Part shown: piece after piece, positions 61,801 through 64,000 of the stretch
Layout: each line of letters opens with the position of its first letter
Numbering within the stretch: position 1 is the stretch's first letter
Assembly: GCA_002269645.1 (NCBI GenBank)
Contig: NIVC01000612.1
Location: 1-64,000 of the forward strand
Length of the DNA: 64,000 nt
Reading direction: 5' to 3'
Source of the DNA: Macrostomum lignano
Taxonomy: Eukaryota
Notes under the pieces: model-generated
The model's database searches: none
What the model saw: the letters and a program-made list of their open reading frames with translations, nothing else
Told to the model about the DNA's origin: nothing
Made by a program: the position numbers and the translations under genes

Positions 61801-62358
61801 CTGGCCATCGGCGCCGCTCACTGCCGGATCTACCAGCGCCTGTCGGGTCTGGTGCACCGACGCCAGACCGAACTGCGGCTTCAACTGCTTCGCGGCGACC
61901 CCACGGCCGACACGGCTGCTGCAGCGGAATCGGCGGTCGATTTCCGGATGCGACGGGCTCGATGCATCTACCGCGCGTCAGTTGTCATGGTGCTGGTGTT
62001 CGTCCTGTTCTGGGCGCCGCTGCACCTGTACAACCTGTTCGCCGACACCCTGATGAACCAGCTGATCAAGCTGAACACCAGCCTGGAGTTCTTTATCGTT
62101 GCTAAGAATGTCTACCAGGTGTTCATGTGTCTGGCACTCACTAATTCGGCCGCTAATCCATTCTTTCTATTTGCCATGCATTCCGTCTATCGGAGGTCGC
62201 TAGTTCGAATCTGCTGCCGCTGTCTACGTAATGGAAGAGACGCGGCTGTTGATAGCAATTGCGAGGAAGTAATCAACAATGACACCGCGGATGCGGATGC
62301 AGAGCTGCTGCCGCTGCGTCCGATTGAGACTGGGTCGGCCGGGAGGGGATCCGAGTAA
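58846..62358 (+). CDS. Class A (rhodopsin-like) GPCR, neuropeptide-receptor-like, 442 aa; exons 58846-59336, 59608-59706, 61620-62358
   Basis: TM1 N1.50 (AIAANAGL), TM2 LANLCLCDL, ECL1 WHLGAVLC, TM4 LWLLSGLFAAP in a 99-nt phase 2-2 exon absent from the ORF track, ECL2 CSESW, TM5 LLPTL, TM6 FVLFWAPLHLY, TM7 TNSAANPF; 1329 nt open. Confidence 0.9.
59353..59492. repeat. ~29-30-bp minisatellite (GTGTTACCTGTTAGATAGGGGTGTCCGG), 5 copies
   Basis: In GPCR intron 1. Confidence 0.85.
59760..59972. repeat. 31-bp G-rich minisatellite (GATGCCCGGGGAGTGGGGTGGTTGTCCAACT) with an alternating variant, ~7 copies
   Basis: In GPCR intron 2. Confidence 0.88.
60345..61424. repeat. 20-bp minisatellite (CCACTCCCTCCATCACTTAT)n, ~54 copies
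   Basis: Direct periodicity. Confidence 0.97.
61423..61585. repeat. 33-bp minisatellite (CTTAACCTGAAGCCCCAGTCACTGCAACTCCCG), 5 copies
   Basis: Period 61423 to 61456; ends just before the exon 3 pyrimidine tract. Confidence 0.9.
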
Positions 62359-62599
62359 GAGGCTGCTGCCGCTGCGTCCTAACACTGAAGGAAATGAACG
62401 CGTTTCATAATCTGGAAATTTCATATCGTCGAAAGACAGCGGCTTTTACAAGCTTGAAACTTTAAACTAAGTTTGAAGATTAATTGGAGCTTATGAATTA
62501 ATTGCCTTCATTGACGATGCGATATTTGACCAGGGGGTCGGCAAACTTTGACCAGCAAAGCCACTATATCCGGCGCGGGCCTTGGGTCAAACCTTTCTT

Positions 62600-62780
62600 A
62601 TCTCCTCTCCTCCCTCTTCTCCGTCTCCTCTTCTCTTCTCTTTTCTTCTCTCCTCTCATCTCCTCTCATCTCCTCTCCTCTCCTCTCCTCCCCTCTCCTC
62701 TCCTCTCCTCTCCTCCCCTCTCCTCTCCTCTCCTCTCCTCTTCTCTTCTCTCCTCTCCTCCCCTCTCCTCTTTCCTCCTC
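62600..62780. repeat. (CTCTC/CTCCT)n pyrimidine microsatellite
   Basis: Direct periodicity. Confidence 0.9.
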
Positions 62781-63732
62781 ATCTGGCAAGCAGTCATGCG
62801 CTAGGTTTTCTATCTGGCTTTTGAGTCTGGCTTTGGCTTACACCGCCTGATAACAAGAAAGTCTGAGATCGGATTTACAGTACTGCATATGCTGTCTGCT
62901 AGCGTCTCTGTGTGCATGCACAGATGTGTCTGTGTTTGCGCTTGATTGTTGTCTCAACATCCTCATCAGATTAGAGCTACGGGCTAGTACTCACAAATTA
63001 ACTAAAAAACAATCAACCTGCAACTCGTGTGATAATTAATTGGTTTTTCTGTAAACTCATCGCAACATTCGCGTGTAACTTTTGAATTTTGTCAATCGAA
63101 GGTCACCGAAGACCCCTGGGAACATGGGTAGCAAACAACCAGTTCTATAGGGAACTCCCATAGGCCGTAATATGAGGCGAAGAGAGGATTAAAAGGTGCA
63201 GCAAAGTAGAATTACAAACTGTGTGAGCACATGCCAATTAGAAGGCAAGGTTTTCGTCATCATCACTGAGCAGTCTGTTTAGTTACGAGTAATTACAGCA
63301 AGTACTTTTTTGTCCCAAGTCTGCGTTGATTCAGCGTCCTCTTGTCTGTTTTGTTTGAAGCGGTTTGCAACCATGACAACACCTGTGTTTTATTGTATTC
63401 GGTTGTGCTGCAGATCCATGTTGAGTAACTGTTGAAATATATATAGCTTTAAGAAACAGCTTCTATGGGTTAATAATGATACAAGTTCCCTCTTACTCGT
63501 AGAAGACTATTCTTCCCTCTGATAAACTCACGGATATTGTGAGCTAAGATTGAACTAAAGATTAAAATGCCCTCTGCAATCAAGAAAAAGGCTTACCTGA
63601 ATAACATTTTATGCTCTGCTTTAATACTATGGATTTTATGGTTGGGGACAAAGCCAAGAATTCTACATTACATGTTACACATGACTAAATTCCTACATGT
63701 ACATAAATTTCAGAATCGGTGTTGTCAACGCT

Positions 63733-63968
63733 TTTTTGGCACCGCAGGCCAACAGGCACTCGTTATAGTGCCACAGGTCCTCATTTTGGCGCCGCAGGCA
63801 CTTATTTTGGTGCCGCAGGCACTCATTTTGGCGCCGCAGGCACTCATTTTGGCGCCGCAGGCACTTATTTTGGCGCCGCAGACACTCATTTTGGCGCCGC
63901 AGGCACTCATTTTGGCGCCGCAGGCACTTATTTTGGCGCCGCAAGCACTCATTTTGGCGCCGCAGGCA
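63733..63968. repeat. 21-bp minisatellite (TTTTGGCGCCGCAGGCACTCA)n, ~11 copies
   Basis: Period 63784 to 63805. Confidence 0.95.
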
Positions 63969-64000
63969 CTATGTTTTGTCGCCCTGAAGCAAAACTATTA

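Noticed and set aside
62531-63118. hAT/Charlie-type MITE (CAGGGGGTCGGCAAACT ... GACCCCTG)
   Set aside because: Right end matches only ~8 bp and no 8-bp target-site duplication is evident

Overview
Eukaryotic (invertebrate metazoan) genomic DNA with GC-rich exons, canonical GT-AG introns and roughly half of the window (~34 kb by rough tally) in about 40 tandem arrays. The style is consistent with a free-living flatworm such as Macrostomum (inference only). I reconstructed seven spliced genes by hand from reading frame and splice-phase consistency. Minus strand: an orphan signal-peptide glycoprotein (813-4273), two tandem SLC47/MATE transporters (5058-7105 with a 1-bp frameshift; 8268-12015), CFAP119/CCDC189 (15046-16562) and a PDZRN3/4-family two-PDZ protein (17752 to at least 29522, 5' end unresolved). 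Plus strand: a DEG/ENaC channel (42810-48507) and a class A peptide-type GPCR (58846-62358). Most long ORFs in the supplied track are artefacts of tandem repeats. I found no rRNA, bona fide tRNA, CRISPR array or intact transposase. Most interesting points: the GPCR lacks R3.50, Y5.58 and Y7.53 together; the ENaC has PG in place of the HG gating motif; the two MATEs share a near-identical exon 2 but have diverged exon 3; a 9.3-kb satellite has repeatedly copied 103 bp of ENaC 3' flank; three different minisatellites carry the E2F-type motif TTTGGCGC; and there is an inverted pair of CORE-SINE-like elements. All comparisons were made by eye, with no database searches.
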